From contig NW_025963813.1 in the NCBI RefSeq assembly GCF_023055435.1, positions 3,782,001-3,846,000 of the forward strand: 64,000 bases of DNA. The letters run 5' to 3'. Of this stretch, positions 13,250 through 26,782 are shown one piece after another (position 1 is the first letter of the stretch; each line of letters begins with the position of its first letter). This DNA comes from Haliotis rufescens. Taxonomy: Eukaryota. Both the position numbers and the translations under genes were made by a program. Below the pieces are notes generated by a model. The model was not told where the DNA came from and ran no database searches. It saw only the letters and a program-made list of their open reading frames with translations.

Positions 13250-16200
13250 ATTACAGGCCTTCACTAAGTAACAGTCAACTCTTATGACAAGCATGGGGTA
13301 CTGGGGACCTACCTATTCCATCACTGGATTACAGGCCTTCACTAAGTAACAGTCAACTCTTATGACATGCATGGGGTACTGGGGACCTATTCCATCACTG
13401 GATTACAGGCCTTTACTAAGTAACAGTCAACTCTTATGACAAGCATGGGGTACCGGGGACCTATTCCATCACTGGATTACAGGCCTTCACTAAGTAACAG
13501 TCAACTCTTATGACATGCATGGGGTACTGGGGACCTATTCCATCACTGGATTACAGGCCTTCACTAAGTAACAGTCAACTCTTATGACATGCATGGGGTA
13601 CTGGGGACCTATTCAATCACTGGATTACAGGCCTTTACTAAGTAACAGTCAACTCTTATGACAAGCATGGGGTACCGGGGACCTATTCCATCACTGGATT
13701 ACAGGCCTTCACTAAGTAACAGTCAACTCTTATGACAAGCATGGGGTACTGGGGACCTATTCCATCACTGGATTACAGGCCTTCACTAAGTAACAGTCAA
13801 CTCTTATGACAAGCATGGGGTACTGGGGACCTATTCCATCACTGAAGTACGGGCCTTCACTAAGTTACAGTCAACTCTTATGACAAGCATGGGGTACTGG
13901 GGATCTATTCCATCACTGGGTTACAGGCCTTCACTAAGTAACAGTCAACTCTTATGACAAGCATGGGGTACTGGGGACCTATTCCATCACTGGATTACAG
14001 GCCTTCACTTAGTTACAGTCAACTCTTATGACAAGCATGGGGTACTGGGGACCTATTCCATCACTGGGTTACAGGCCTTCACTAAGTAACAGTCAACTCT
14101 AATGACAAGCATGGGGTACTGGGGACCTATTCCATCACTGGGTTACAGGCCTTCACTTAGTTACAGTCAACTCTTGTGACAAGCATGGGGTACTGGGGAC
14201 CTATTCCATCACTGGATTTCAGGCCTTCACTAAGTAACAGTCAACTCTTATGACAAGCATGGGGTACTGGGGACCTATTCCATCACTGGATTACAGGCCT
14301 TCACTTAGTTACAGTCAACTCTTATGACAAGCATGGGGTACTGGGGACCTATTCCATCACTGGAGTACGGGCCTTCACTAAGTAACAGTCAACTCTTATG
14401 ACAAGCATGGGGTACTGGGGACCTATTCCATCACTGGATTACAGGCCTTCACTTAGTTACAGTCAACTCTTATGACAAGCATGGGGTACTGGGGACCTAT
14501 TCCATCACTGGATTACAGGCCTTCACTTAGTTACAGTCAACTCTTATGACAAGCATGGGGTACTGGGGACCTATTCCATCACTGGATTACAGGCCTTCAC
14601 TTAGTTACAGTCAACTCTTATGACAAGCATGGGGTACTGGGGACCTATTCCATCACTGGAGTACGGGCCTTCACTTAGTTACAGTCAACTCTTGTGACAA
14701 GCATGGGGTACTGGGGACCTATTCCATCACTGGAGTACGGGCCTTCACTTAGTTACAGTCAACTCTTATGACATGCATGGGGTACTGGGGACCTATTCCA
14801 TCACTGGATTACAGGCCTTCACTAAGTAACAGTCAACTCTTATGACAAGCATGGGGTACTGGGGACCTATTCCATCACTGGAGTACGGGCCTTCACTTAG
14901 TTACAGTCAACTCTTATGACATGCATGGGGTACTGGGGACCTATTCCATCACTGGGTTACAGGCCTTCACTAAGTAACAGTCAACTCTTATGACAAGCAT
15001 GGGGTACTGGGGACCTATTCCATCACTGGAGTACGGGCCTTCACTTAGTTACAGTCAACTCTTATGACATGCATGGGGTACTGGGGACCTATTCCATCAC
15101 TGGATTACAGGCCTTCACTAAGTAACAGTCAACTCTTATGACAAGCATGGGGTACTGGGGACCTATTCCATCACTGGAGTACGGGCCTTCACTTAGTTAC
15201 AGTCAACTCTTATGACATGCATGGGGTACTGGGGACCTATTCCATCACTGGATTACAGGCCTTCACTAAGTAACAGTCAACTCTTATGACAAGCATGGGG
15301 TACTGGGGACCTATTCCATCACTGGAGTACGGGCCTTCACTTAGTTACAGTCAACTCTTATGACATGCATGGGGTACTGGGGACCTATTCCATCACTGGA
15401 TTACAGGCCTTCACTAAGTAACAGTCAACTCTTATGACAAGCATGGGGTACTGGGGACCTATTCCATCACTGGAGTACGGGCCTTCACTTAGTTACAGTC
15501 AACTCTTATGACATGCATGGGGTACTGGGGACCTATTCCATCACTGGATTACAGGCCTTCACTTAGTTACAGTCAACTCTTATGACATGCATGGGGTACT
15601 GGGGACCTATTCCATCACTGGATTACAGGCCTTCACTAAGTAACAGTCAACTCTTATGACAAGCATGGGGTACTGGGGACCTATTCCATCACTGGAGTAC
15701 GGGCCTTCACTTAGTTACAGTCAACTCTTATGACATGCATTGGGTACTGGGGACCTATTCCATCACTGGATTACAGGCCTTCACTTAGTTACAGTCAACT
15801 CTTGTGACAAGCATGGGGTACTGGGGACCTATTCCATCACTGGATTTCAGGCCTTCACTAAGTAACAGTCAACTCTTATGACAAGCATGGGGTACTGGGG
15901 ACCTATTCCATCACTGGATTACAGGCCTTCACTTAGTTACAGTCAACTCTTATGACATGCATGGGGTACTGGGGACCTATTCCATCACTGGATTACAGGC
16001 CTTTACTAAGTAACAGTCAACTCTTATGACAAGCATGGGGTACTGGGGACCTATTCCATCACTGGATTACAGGCCTTCACTAAGTAACAGTCAACTCTTA
16101 TGACAAGCATGGGGTACTGGGGACCTATTCCATCACTGGATTACAGGCCTTCACTTAGTTACAGTCAACTCTTATGACATGCATGGGGTACTGGGGACCT

Positions 16201-16800
16201 ATTCCATCACTGGAGTACGGGCCTTCACTAAGTAACAGTCAACTCTTATGACATGCATGGGGTACTGGGGACCTATTCCATCACTGGATTACAGGCCTTC
16301 ACTAAGTAACAGTCAACTCTTATGACAAGCATGGGGTACTGGGGACCTATTCCATCACTGGATTACAGGCCTTCACTAAGTAACAGTCAACTCTTATGAC
16401 AAGCATGGGGTACTGGGGACCTATTCCATCACTGGATTACAGGCCTTCACTTAGTTACAGTCAACTCTTATGACAAGCATGGGGTACTGGGGACCTATTC
16501 CATTACTGGGTTACAGGCCTTTACTAAGTAACAGTCAACTCTTATGACAAGCATGGGGTACTGGGGACCTATTCCATCACTGGATTACAGGCCTTCACTT
16601 AGTTACAGTCAACTCTTATGACAAGCATGGGGTACTGGGGACCTATTCCATCACTGGATTACAGGCCTTTACTAAGTAACAGTCAACTCTTATGACAAGC
16701 ATGGGGTACTGGGGACCTATTCCATCACTGGATCACAGGTCCTAACTACAGTCAACTCTAATGACAAGCATGGAGTACTGGGGACCTATTCTGTTATTGG
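13250..16800. repeat. Satellite array, 74-bp unit, ~48 copies
   Basis: Unit ttacaggccttcactaagtaacagtcaactcttatgacaagcatggggtactggggacctattccatcactgga; period of 74 measured between 13551 and 13625. Confidence 0.97.
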
Positions 16801-17145
16801 ATTAGTGAAAGGCCGAGCATCCCGGAAATGTGAAATGAAACATGATCCTGAGTCCTGCTGACAACTCATTACTTCTGTAGCATCCAGAGTTGTATTTGTG
16901 CCTCTGTCAGCACAACAACATTACCCAGTATCGTGAGGGATTCACCAACTCACTAATTGATAGTTACAACTAATTCTGTGTTTGACACCTCTGTTGGAGG
17001 AAATAATAGTTTCCTGGAAATTAAATCCTACTCGCTCAAAGTCTGAGCCCGAATTCCCATTAAGAGTTCCTGCTGCTTTCACAGAGATTACCGTATTCAG
17101 TGTAAACTGAGCCCCTTCCTCCCATAGCTGCTCTCTCTCATAATC

Positions 17146-19190
17146 TCAGTGTAACTATACCTACTCTCTCGTACCCTCAGTGTAACCTCAGCTACTCTCT
17201 CATACCCTCAGTGTAACCTGAGCTACTCTCTCATACCCTCGGTGTAACTATAGCTACTCTCTCGTACCCTCAATTTAACTATAGCTACTCTCTCATACCC
17301 TCAGTGTAACCTGAGATACTCTCTCGTACCCTCAGTGTAACCTGAGATACTCTCTCATACCCTCAGTGTAACCTGAGATACTCTCTCATACCCTCAGTTT
17401 AACCTGAGCTACTCTCTCATACCCTCAGTGTTACCTGAGCTACTCTCTCATACCCTCAGTTTAACCTGAGCTACTCTCTCGTACCCTCAATGTAACCATA
17501 GCTACTCTCTCGTACCCTCAGTGTAACCATAGCTACTCTCTCGTACCCTCAGTGTAACCATAACTACTCTCTCATACCCTCAGTGTAACTATACCTACTC
17601 TCTCACACCTTCAGTTTAACCTGAGCTACTCTCTCGTACCCTCAGTGTAACCTGAACTACTCTCTCACACCCTCAGTGTAACCTGAGCTACTCTCTCATA
17701 CCCTCAGTTTAACCTGAGCTACTCTCTCATACCCTCGGTGTAACCTGAGCTACTCTCTCATTCCCTCAGTGTCACCTGAGCACTATCCTCCCATAGCTAC
17801 TCTCTCATACCCCCAGTTTAACCTGAGCTACTCTCTCATACCCTCAGTTTAACCTGAGCTACTCTCTCACACCCTCAGTGTAACCTGAGCTACTCTCTCA
17901 TACCCTCAGTGTAACCTGAACTACTCTCTCGTACCCTCAGTGTAACCATACCTACTCTCTCATAACCTCAGTTTAACCTGAGATACTCTCTCGTACCCTC
18001 AGTGAAACCATACCTACTCTCTCATAACCTCAGTGTAACCTGAGCTACTCTCTCGTACCCTCAGTGTAACTATACCTACTCTCTCACACCTTCAGTTTAA
18101 CCTGAGCTACTCTCTCGTACCCTTAGTGTAACCATACCTACTCTCTCATACCCTCAGTGTAACCATAACTACTCTCTCATACCCTCAGTGTAACTATACC
18201 TACTCTCTCACACCTTCAGTTTAACCTGAGCTACTCTCTCGTACCCTTTGTGTAACCATACCTACTCTCTCATAACCTCAGTGTAACCATAACTACTCTC
18301 TCATACCCTCAGTGTAACTATACCTACTCTCTCACACCTTCAGTTTAACCTGAGCTACTCTCTCGTACCCTCAGTGTAACCTGAGCTACTCTCTCATACC
18401 CTCAGTTTAACCTGAGCTACTCTCGTACCCTCAGTGTAACCATACCTACTCTCTCATACCCTCAGTGTAACCTGAGCTACTCTCTCATACCCTCAATGAA
18501 ACCACTGCTACTCTCTCATACCATCAGTGTAACCTGAGATACTCTCTCATACCCTTTGTGTAACCATACCTACTCTCTCATACCCTCAATGAAACCACTG
18601 CTACTCTCTCATACCCTCAGAGTAACCATAGCTACTCTCTCGTACCCTCAGTGTTACCATAGCTACTCTCTCATACCCTCAGTGTAACCATACCTACTCT
18701 CTCATACCATCAGTGTAACCTGAGATACTCTCTCATACCCTTTGTGTAACCATACCTACTCTCTCATACCCTCAATGAAACCACTGCTACTCTCTCATAC
18801 CCTCAGTGAAACAGCTGCTACTCTCTCATACCCTCAGTGTAACCATAACTACTCTCTTGTACCCTCAGTGTAACCTGAACTCCTCTCTCATACCCTCAGT
18901 GTCACCTGAGCTACTCTCTCATACCCTCAGTGTCACCTGAGCTACTCTCTCATACCCTCGGTGTAACCTGAGCTACTCTCTAATACCCTCAGTTTAACCT
19001 GAGCTACTCTCTCATACCCTCAGTTTAACCTGAGCTACTCTCTCATACCCTCGGTGTAACCTGAGCTACTCTCTCATTCCCTCAGTGTCACCTGAGCACT
19101 ATCCTCCCATAGCTACTCTCTCATACCCCCAGTTTAACCTGAGCTACTCTCTCAGTCCCTCAGTGTAACCATAGCTACTCTCTCATACCC
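17146..19190. repeat. Minisatellite, 31-bp unit, ~66 copies
   Basis: Unit ctcagtgtaacctgagctactctctcatacc and variants. Confidence 0.95.
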
Positions 19191-19221
19191 TTAACACTTT
19201 CTTCAGCCCCAACCAACACGC

Positions 19222-19293
19222 GATTATTTACAGACTGCTGTCATTTAGCTGGAATATTGCTGAGTGCGGTGTTAAATAACAATCAAACAAATA
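19222..19293 (+). mobile_element. SINE family C 3' end fragment
   Basis: gattatttacagactgctgtcatttagctggaatattgctgagtgcggtgttaaa matches 31395-31450. Confidence 0.75.
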
Positions 19294-19318
19294 ACACCTT
19301 CCACAGCCCTTCAGAATA

Positions 19319-20425
19319 TTCTGCAGCCCCAAGCAGTACTTCCTGCAGACCCAAGGACCACCTTCTGCAGCCCCAAGTAGTACTTCCTGCAGACCCAAGG
19401 ACCACCTTCTGCAACCCCAAGTTGTACTTCCTGCAGACCCAAGGACCACCTTCTGCAGCCCCAAGTGGTACTCCCTGCAGACCCAAGGACCACCTTCTGC
19501 AGCCCCAAGTAGTACTTCCTGCAGACCCAAGGACCACCTTCTGCAGCCCCAAGTAGTACTTCCTGCAGACCCAAGGACCACCTTCTGCAGCCCCAACCAG
19601 TACTTCCTGCAGACCCATGGACCACCTTCTGCAGCCCAAAGTTGTACTTCCTGCAGACCCAAGGACCACCTTCTGCAGCCCCAAGCAGTACTTCCTGCAG
19701 ACCCAAGGACCACCTTCTGCAGCCCCAAGCAGTACTTCCTGCAGACCCAAGGACCACCTTCTGCAGCCCCAAGCAGTACTTCCTGCAGACCCAAGGACCA
19801 CCTTCTGCAGCCCCAAGTAGTACTTCCTGCAGACCCAAGGACCACCTTCTGCAGCCCCAAGCAGTACTTCCTGCAGACCCAAGGACCACCTTCTGCAGCC
19901 CCAAGTAGTACTTCCTGCAGACCCAAGGACCACCTTCTGCAGCCCCAAGTAGTACTTCCTGCAGACCCAAGGACCACCTTCTGCAGCCCCAACCAGTACT
20001 TCCTGCAGACCCATGGACCACCTTTTGCAGCCCAAAGTTGTACCTCCTGCAGACCCAAGGACCACCTTCTGAAGCCCCAAGCAGTACTTCCTGCAGACCC
20101 AAGGACCACCTTCTGCAGCCCCAAGCAGTACTTCCTGCAGACCCAAGGACCACCTTCTGCAGCCCAAAGCAGTACTTTCTGCAGACCCAAGGACCACCTT
20201 CTGCAGACCCAAGTTGTACTTCCTGCAGACCCAAGGACCACCTTCTGCAGCCCCAAGTAGTACTCCCTGCAGACCAAAGGACCACCTTCTGCAGCCCCAA
20301 GCAGTACTTCCTGCAGACCCAAGGACCACCTTCTGCAGCCCCAAGCAGTACTTCCTGCAGACCCAAGGACCACCTTCTGCAGCCCCAAGCAATACTTCCT
20401 GCAGACCCAAGGACCACCTTCTGCA
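19319..20425. repeat. Minisatellite, 44-bp unit made of two diverged ~22-bp halves, ~25 copies
   Basis: Unit cttctgcagccccaagcagtacttcctgcagacccaaggaccac. Confidence 0.95.
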
Positions 20426-21532
20426 AACCAGTGCTTCATCAGCAACACCTTCTCAACTGTCACCAGAAAAGAATGTTGCTTATTCTTTTAATTTAATTTA
20501 ATATTTCTGAAATACTGGGTCCCTGAACCTGTAAATTAAGTTAAGATACATCATGCCTTATATGTTGGTTCACCAAGTGCTTAAAATTAAATTTGAAGCA
20601 TGTCATGGATGCTTTTTATGTTTTGTATAGTACTTCAGGTAATTACTGAATTTCTACACATTCAATTTTTTTCCAAGTCAATTTGAGATTATTTTAGTTT
20701 CAGATCAGACCTGATTCATGTTGCAACAATATCAGTCTTAACTTATCCAAATTGTAGTTAATGAATATTCATGTATTTAGTGATATAACATTCTGAATTT
20801 GGGTATTGAAAGTCATTCTAACCTGGTAAGAAAACATAAAAATATATTTCTTGGCAAATAGCTGTTTTTAACTTTTTCAGGTTTTTTCTCAAAGGAATGC
20901 CTGCAATGACACTTGATGTTTGCCCTGAAACTCAAGCAGGATGAATCAGATATCTGGTATTTGTCAATTAAATGGAAATAACATACAATAAACCCAGAAT
21001 CAGTGAACAGAATTACCCAATCAAGCCATCTTGAAATGTTATCACTCTAAATCACATCTCTTGGATCTGAGGCATTAAAGGTACACAACATATTGACAAC
21101 ACAATCATGAGTGAGGTGGGTTTTACTCTGCTTACAAGAGTATTTCAGCGATTTTTGTTAAATAAATAGTTACATGATACAAGTATCTTGGCACAATTAT
21201 GGACAATAAGCTCACATCAACTGCTGACAGATTATATTTTTAAGAAATGTCAACAGATTACATTTCATGTGTAAAGTAAAGTGAGATCTTTAATGTCATC
21301 TAAAAGAATAATGTCTATTTTCTACCATTTGTTTTGTTGAAAGTATTAGAACCTTTTCAATTCAATGTTTGTTCGGTTCTCTTTATGTCATGAACATATC
21401 TTACATCAACAAAATTGTTTTAATGGTGAACACAAATTTCTTGAGTTAAGTTTCATCATTTTTCTGTCATTTCTGATACTCTCACATTCTAATCTTTCTT
21501 ATAAAATTTATCTGACCCCATGCTTAAAGGTT

Positions 21533-21612
21533 TTATTATTATTATTGTTGTTGTTATTATCATCATCATCATCATCATTATTACCATCATCATCATCATC
21601 ATTATTATTATT
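21533..21612. repeat. Compound trinucleotide microsatellite (TTA/TTG/TCA)n
   Basis: Directly visible. Confidence 0.9.
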
Positions 21613-21755
21613 GACAGTAAGCTTACGTTCCTATAATGCAAGTTTGCATTTTATGGGTCAGGTATCACATTATCACTAATACCTACAGGTTTTGTTGATT
21701 GTTGCTGAAGAAGCTAGTTCTGGAACTTATGAATAATTTTTGATTGTAAAGAGAC

Positions 21756-22027
21756 TGACCTGTGAAATTCCGGGTTAGAAAAGGTCTTCAGCAACCAGTG
21801 TTTGCCGTAAAAGGGGACTATGCTTGTTGTAAGAGGCGACTAACAGGATTGGGTGGTCAGGCTCGCTGATTTGGTTGATGCATGTCATTGATCCCAAGTG
21901 TGTGGATTGATGCTGATGATATCAATCACTGGATTGTCTGGTCCAGACTCGATTATTTACAGACTGCTGTCATATAGCTGAAATATTGCTGAGTGCGGCA
22001 TTAAACAACAAACAAGTAACAAACAAA
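21756..22027 (+). mobile_element. SINE family C, near full length
   Basis: Collinear with 31201-31463 and ends in an (AAAC)n-like tail. Confidence 0.85.
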
Positions 22028-22837
22028 TGCTGAAAGATTGTAATTTGTTTCACTGTGCTATATCTATTGCAACTGTCAATACTACAGCAAGGCATCAATG
22101 TCAACCATCTATTGCCATGGGCCTACAGAAAGAAATATCCATGCATCTGCAGTTCAATTACTTACTACACCTATGACAGTGAATGGTAAATAGAACAAAT
22201 ATCTTGGAATATCTTAGAAGTATGAATATACAAATAACCTAAAGTTGCAGAAATTGTCTTCAGTTTAAGTGGCAGAGAGATAAGTGATGTCATTTGATTG
22301 TGATGTCATGGTAAAGCAAAGCACTGTGATGTAATTTCATCAGTGTGCATAGATTGCTCTTATCGCTTGTGGTAGCCAGTAGTAAATGAAACATTATTTA
22401 TGAGAACAGCTTAATTATAAAATGTGTGAAAAGTTAATCCAAATTAGTGAGCATCAATTATGTGATAAATTGGTTATTTGCCCCACAAATTCGGGATTAC
22501 ACTGTCCAGTGACTTTTGGCGACACAAATGACATAACATCATGAACCTTTTCCTGATTTAATCAATGTTTGATCTGACATTTTCTTTATCATTACCAATT
22601 TAAAAACAATTTCTATTAGGACCAGTCAATGTCTGGATGATGAACTGATCTGCAACATTTTGACATTTTCTTCATCATTACCAAATTGAAAACAGTCTCC
22701 ATCATTTAAGGACCAGTCATATTTGTGAAACATTGTGCTACTGAAGGAAAATCTATCTTGTCAATAAACTCATGCAGCATTTTTTGGACCGAAGCAAGAA
22801 CACGTACAAATGTTCTGGCAGGTCTCGTGTGCCTGGA

Positions 22838-22997
22838 GGGGCAGTCAGGGCGTTCGCTCATCACGCCAAAGACCCGGGTTCAATTCCCAACATGGGTACA
22901 ATGTGTGAAGCCCATTTCTGGTGTAACCCGCCATGATATTTCTGGAATATTGCTTAAAAGCGGCGTAAAACCATACTCACTCACTAACTCACTCACA
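22838..22997 (+). mobile_element. SINE family B copy
   Basis: Reverse complement of 651-820, with a partly deleted head and an (ACTC)n tail. Confidence 0.85.
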
Positions 22998-23258
22998 CGT
23001 GGGCCTGGGTGCACCAAGTGCGCTCCCCACTTTCTTCAGTCACCAAATGTGTCAAGAGTGTCACGCAGAGCAAACTGTCCAAATGGGTTTTCGGTTATTT
23101 CTATAGAGTGTACATCCTCCCAAATCCCGGAACTTTTGTATAAAACTAACCTGCCATTTTTGAATGAATATATCTTCTTACTCTGGAATGTCAATTCTCC
23201 TATTATGTCCAAAACAACTAAATGATATTATGTTGTGTTGGACGAGCTTAAAAAAAAT

Positions 23259-23704
23259 AGGGTACTGGGGACCTATTTAAGTCAGGCTCTCAATACAAGA
23301 ACAGGGTACTGGGGACCTATTTCAGTCGGGCTCTAAATACAAGAACAGGGTACTGGGGACCTATTTCAGTCGGGCTCTCAATACAAGCACAGGGTACTGG
23401 GGACCTATTTCAGTCAGGCTCTCAATACAAGAACAGGGTACTGGGGACCTATTTCAGTCGGGCTCTCAAGACATGCACAGGGTACTTCGGACCTATTTCA
23501 GTCGGGCTCTAAATACAAGAACAGGGTACTGGGGACCTATTTCAGTCGGGCTCTCAAGACATGCACAGGGTACTGGGGACCTATTTCAGTCTGGCTCTAA
23601 ATACAAGAACAGGGTACTGGGGACCTATTTCAGTCTGGCTCTCAGTACAAGCACAGGGTACTGGGGACCTATTTCAGTAGGGCTCTCAAGACAAGCACAG
23701 GGAC
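23259..23704. repeat. Minisatellite, 44-bp unit, ~10 copies
   Basis: Unit agggtactggggacctatttcagtcgggctctcaatacaagaac; shares gggtactggggacctatt with the 74-bp satellite. Confidence 0.93.
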
Positions 23705-24709
23705 CTGTCCTCCCCAGAATTGTCTGCCACAAAAAATACATAGTTGCAAGATTTCTTCTTTTTTTTTTGTTATGGCTCATAGTTTTAATGAAAAAAATAT
23801 CTGGTTTATCCAGCGTTAGCTAAAAAAATAATCAGTCTCCACAAAAACTTCCAGGCCCTCTTTGGCAAATTCCAATACAATGTGGTTTGAATATTTTTTA
23901 TACATATATTGGCATGTGAACTGCAGAGGGAGGCTTAGTATAATGCTCCAATGGTTAATGAAATAAATTCAAGTCATTCATCATAGGTTTTCAAGAAAAA
24001 ACTCCACTCCATTTGTTGCTGTTTATAAACATAACAATTGTAACCACTGTGCATATCAAACATTGTTTCCCAGTCAACTAAGATTGAGTTTTGAATTATT
24101 ATTTTAATTGTTTAAAAAAACAATTGTTACTTGCAAATATAATGAATTATTCAAACATTCAGTTATCAATTCAGACCACAAAATTCTCAAAAACCTTCTC
24201 AACTCTACATAAAATAGCAATACTAGATGTCATCATATTGATATCAACAAATTGGTTTTACATAACATCACTGAGGATTTGGCATCAACCCTCTGCAACA
24301 GTTTGAATATTGATTGCAAAAATATCTCACGATGTCAGCTCAAATAAATGGAAGATAACTGAGATTGTGACGACGCATCAAATTCAGAGACATCAGTCTC
24401 CTTCAGGGTGACTGTACCATCAAAGGGCGTGGCATGAATGGTATAAATTACACCGTTGTCATGACGACCATAATGAAGTGTCAGGTTACACAATGAAGCA
24501 ATCTCCAATTTGTTTGGTAAACGACATGGGAATGGAATTCTACAAGATGGAGACACTTCCCTTGAAAGGTCAAAATCAGATCTTTAGGAAGAGTGCGATT
24601 ATGTGATTTCAAATGAATCTCAATCTTCTCTTCACACATGTGACACAGAATTTGAAAGATAAGCATTTGATGAGAGTAACAAATCAAGTATTGGTGGTTC
24701 GGTTTGCAT

Positions 24710-24853
24710 CTAGTGGAGAGATATAGGCGTATCTAGTGGTGAGAAAAAGGTGTCTTGTTATGAGATACAGGTGTGTCTACTGGTGAGATACAGGTGTGTC
24801 TATTGGAGAGATACAGGTGTGTCTAGTGATGAGATACAGGTGTCTAATGGTGA
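24710..24853. repeat. Degenerate ~23-bp minisatellite, ~6 copies
   Basis: gagatacaggtgtgtctagtggt-like units. Confidence 0.75.
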
Positions 24854-25555
24854 ACATTCTGAACGTCAGGAAATATTAGGATGCACAACCAGTTGACTTG
24901 TCAAATATATGCCCAATTATTTAGTGTACTACAGCTGTCTGCGCAGTTTGCAGGTTCTTGTCTGCTTAACTTTTGCCATGTCTGTTGCAACACCTCAACA
25001 ATTTACCTTGTAAGATAATATCCCTGAACGTTTTCAATCCTAACAATCGGAACTGCAAACAAATCACGGGCGATAAAACCACTCGAACAAATCTTGCCCA
25101 GAATAACACTCGTCTGGTCGCTTATGGCAACAGCAAGAGAACAATCTCCAGATGCATCTTTGTGATCGAGGCTTATTATGTCGAATTATAAACGTACATG
25201 AGCCTTTGTTTATGACTAACAGTTCTTCAGGAGTTGGTATGAGAGACAGCTGGTGGTATGTGTAGCCACTGTCAGTAAAACTGCATGATAGGATAAATCT
25301 TGCTGCTTGAATCTCAAGGCCAGATCAATCTGTATTGCTGTTTTACAGGGTGTACTTTCAAAACTAGACAAAATCTAAAAAATAATTATTTCATTTGCAC
25401 TGTTGCTCAGCTGGATATGTAATCAACAGCTTAAAATGGCCACAAATAGCTTTCTCATTATTGCGAAAATAGAACATTTATGTCTAAATTCATATTGTTA
25501 ACAGGGACTGTTACCAGTCAACCTACATTTTATAATTACCACTACTAATAATAGG

Positions 25556-25688
25556 GGGGCGCTCGTCACGCCGAAGACCTGGGTACGATTCCCGACACGG
25601 GTACAATGTGTGAAGCCCATTTCTGGTGTCCCCTGCCGTGATATTGCTGGAATATTGCTAAAAGCGGCGTAAAACAATACTCACTCAC
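25556..25688 (+). mobile_element. SINE family B copy with 12-bp TSD and deleted A box
   Basis: TSD actaataatagg at 25544-25555 and 25689-25700. Confidence 0.88.
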
Positions 25689-25911
25689 ACTAATAATAGG
25701 CCATTTATACCGAGCTGTATTTTGACACAACACGGGGGGGGGGGGGGGGGGGGCATGCTCAAAGCGCTACACTATTATTACCCACGTCAGTGGGTCAGTG
25801 TGCACTTGATATCATTCTCAGCTCCCTAGGCTCTATGCAAACCAAGCTGCTTGTGGGACACTATAAGGTTAACAGTCACCAGCTGGGCACCCATTCACTG
25901 CTGGGTGACTG

Positions 25912-26145
25912 TCTGGCGCTCGGCATTAAGGGGCTAAAACAAGGACTGGTCGGCTTGGAGTCAGTATACTGTGTCTGAGTGGGGTATTCATGTTAAACTG
26001 CGGCATGTATCTCAGTGAGCTAGCACTATAAATCGGCATCAGTCCGGACTAGTACAAGCAGCCACACACACACATACACGTGCATGCACGTCGCTATATA
26101 AGTGCAATAATCTTGGACGCGACGTTAAACCCAATTTCACCTCAC
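25912..26145 (+). mobile_element. SINE family A body and tail
   Basis: Matches 5752-5932 and ends gacgcgacgttaaacccaatttcacctcac. Confidence 0.8.
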
Positions 26146-26406
26146 TGCTGGGTGAACAGAGGCCTATTCCGAACAAAGTCACTTGTCTCAGGAAACACCA
26201 CATGTGCTCCATGTCCAGTGTGGGGCAGGCCCGAAGCCCTCAGGAGTCAAGCATCACCAATCCAGTTTCTCTCCACAACCAATGTGGCCTAATTTTGCCT
26301 GTTCACAGAACTGTGTGCCATGATATATTGCACATGTAGAAGCTAAAACAAATCCTGTAATATTTAACAATTTGAATGCATGCAACATGACCAAAGATTT
26401 TAAATA

Positions 26407-26782
26407 CCATATTCGACGTAGTAAGTTTCCAGGGCACTCTCAAAATTAGAAATAGGAGGCTCTTATTAGAGTTGAAGAATCGTCAATTTCGTAGTTTATG
26501 CTGACACCCTGAAATGTTAATATACGACAGATATATTTTTCCAGAATATAATTGCCCATAATTAAGGGTGCATATAACACACTAGTGCATATTATACATG
26601 AATAAATAAGCAAGTCTAGCCAGCTGTAGCTAGCTCTATTCCACATCAGCATAGGGATTTTTTTATTTTTTTTTAGAGTCAAAAGGATATTGTGTAATAT
26701 AAGATTTCAGAGACTAAATGTTAGTCTACAAATATTTCCATGGGTGCTTTTTAGAGCAGGGCGCTTATTACGTCAAAACTGG
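26407..26782 (+). mobile_element. TA-flanked MITE, diverged copy of 10526-10868
   Basis: Degenerate TIRs and a shared interior (ctctcaaaattagaaatagg; tacgacagatatatttttcc). Confidence 0.75.

Noticed and set aside
13250-16800. CRISPR-like appearance of the regular repeats
   Set aside because: No unique spacers, no cas genes, and a eukaryotic context.
19228-20501. Long ORFs of 371-411 aa in several frames
   Set aside because: Artefact of a stop-poor 44-bp minisatellite; the same peptide cycles through all frames.
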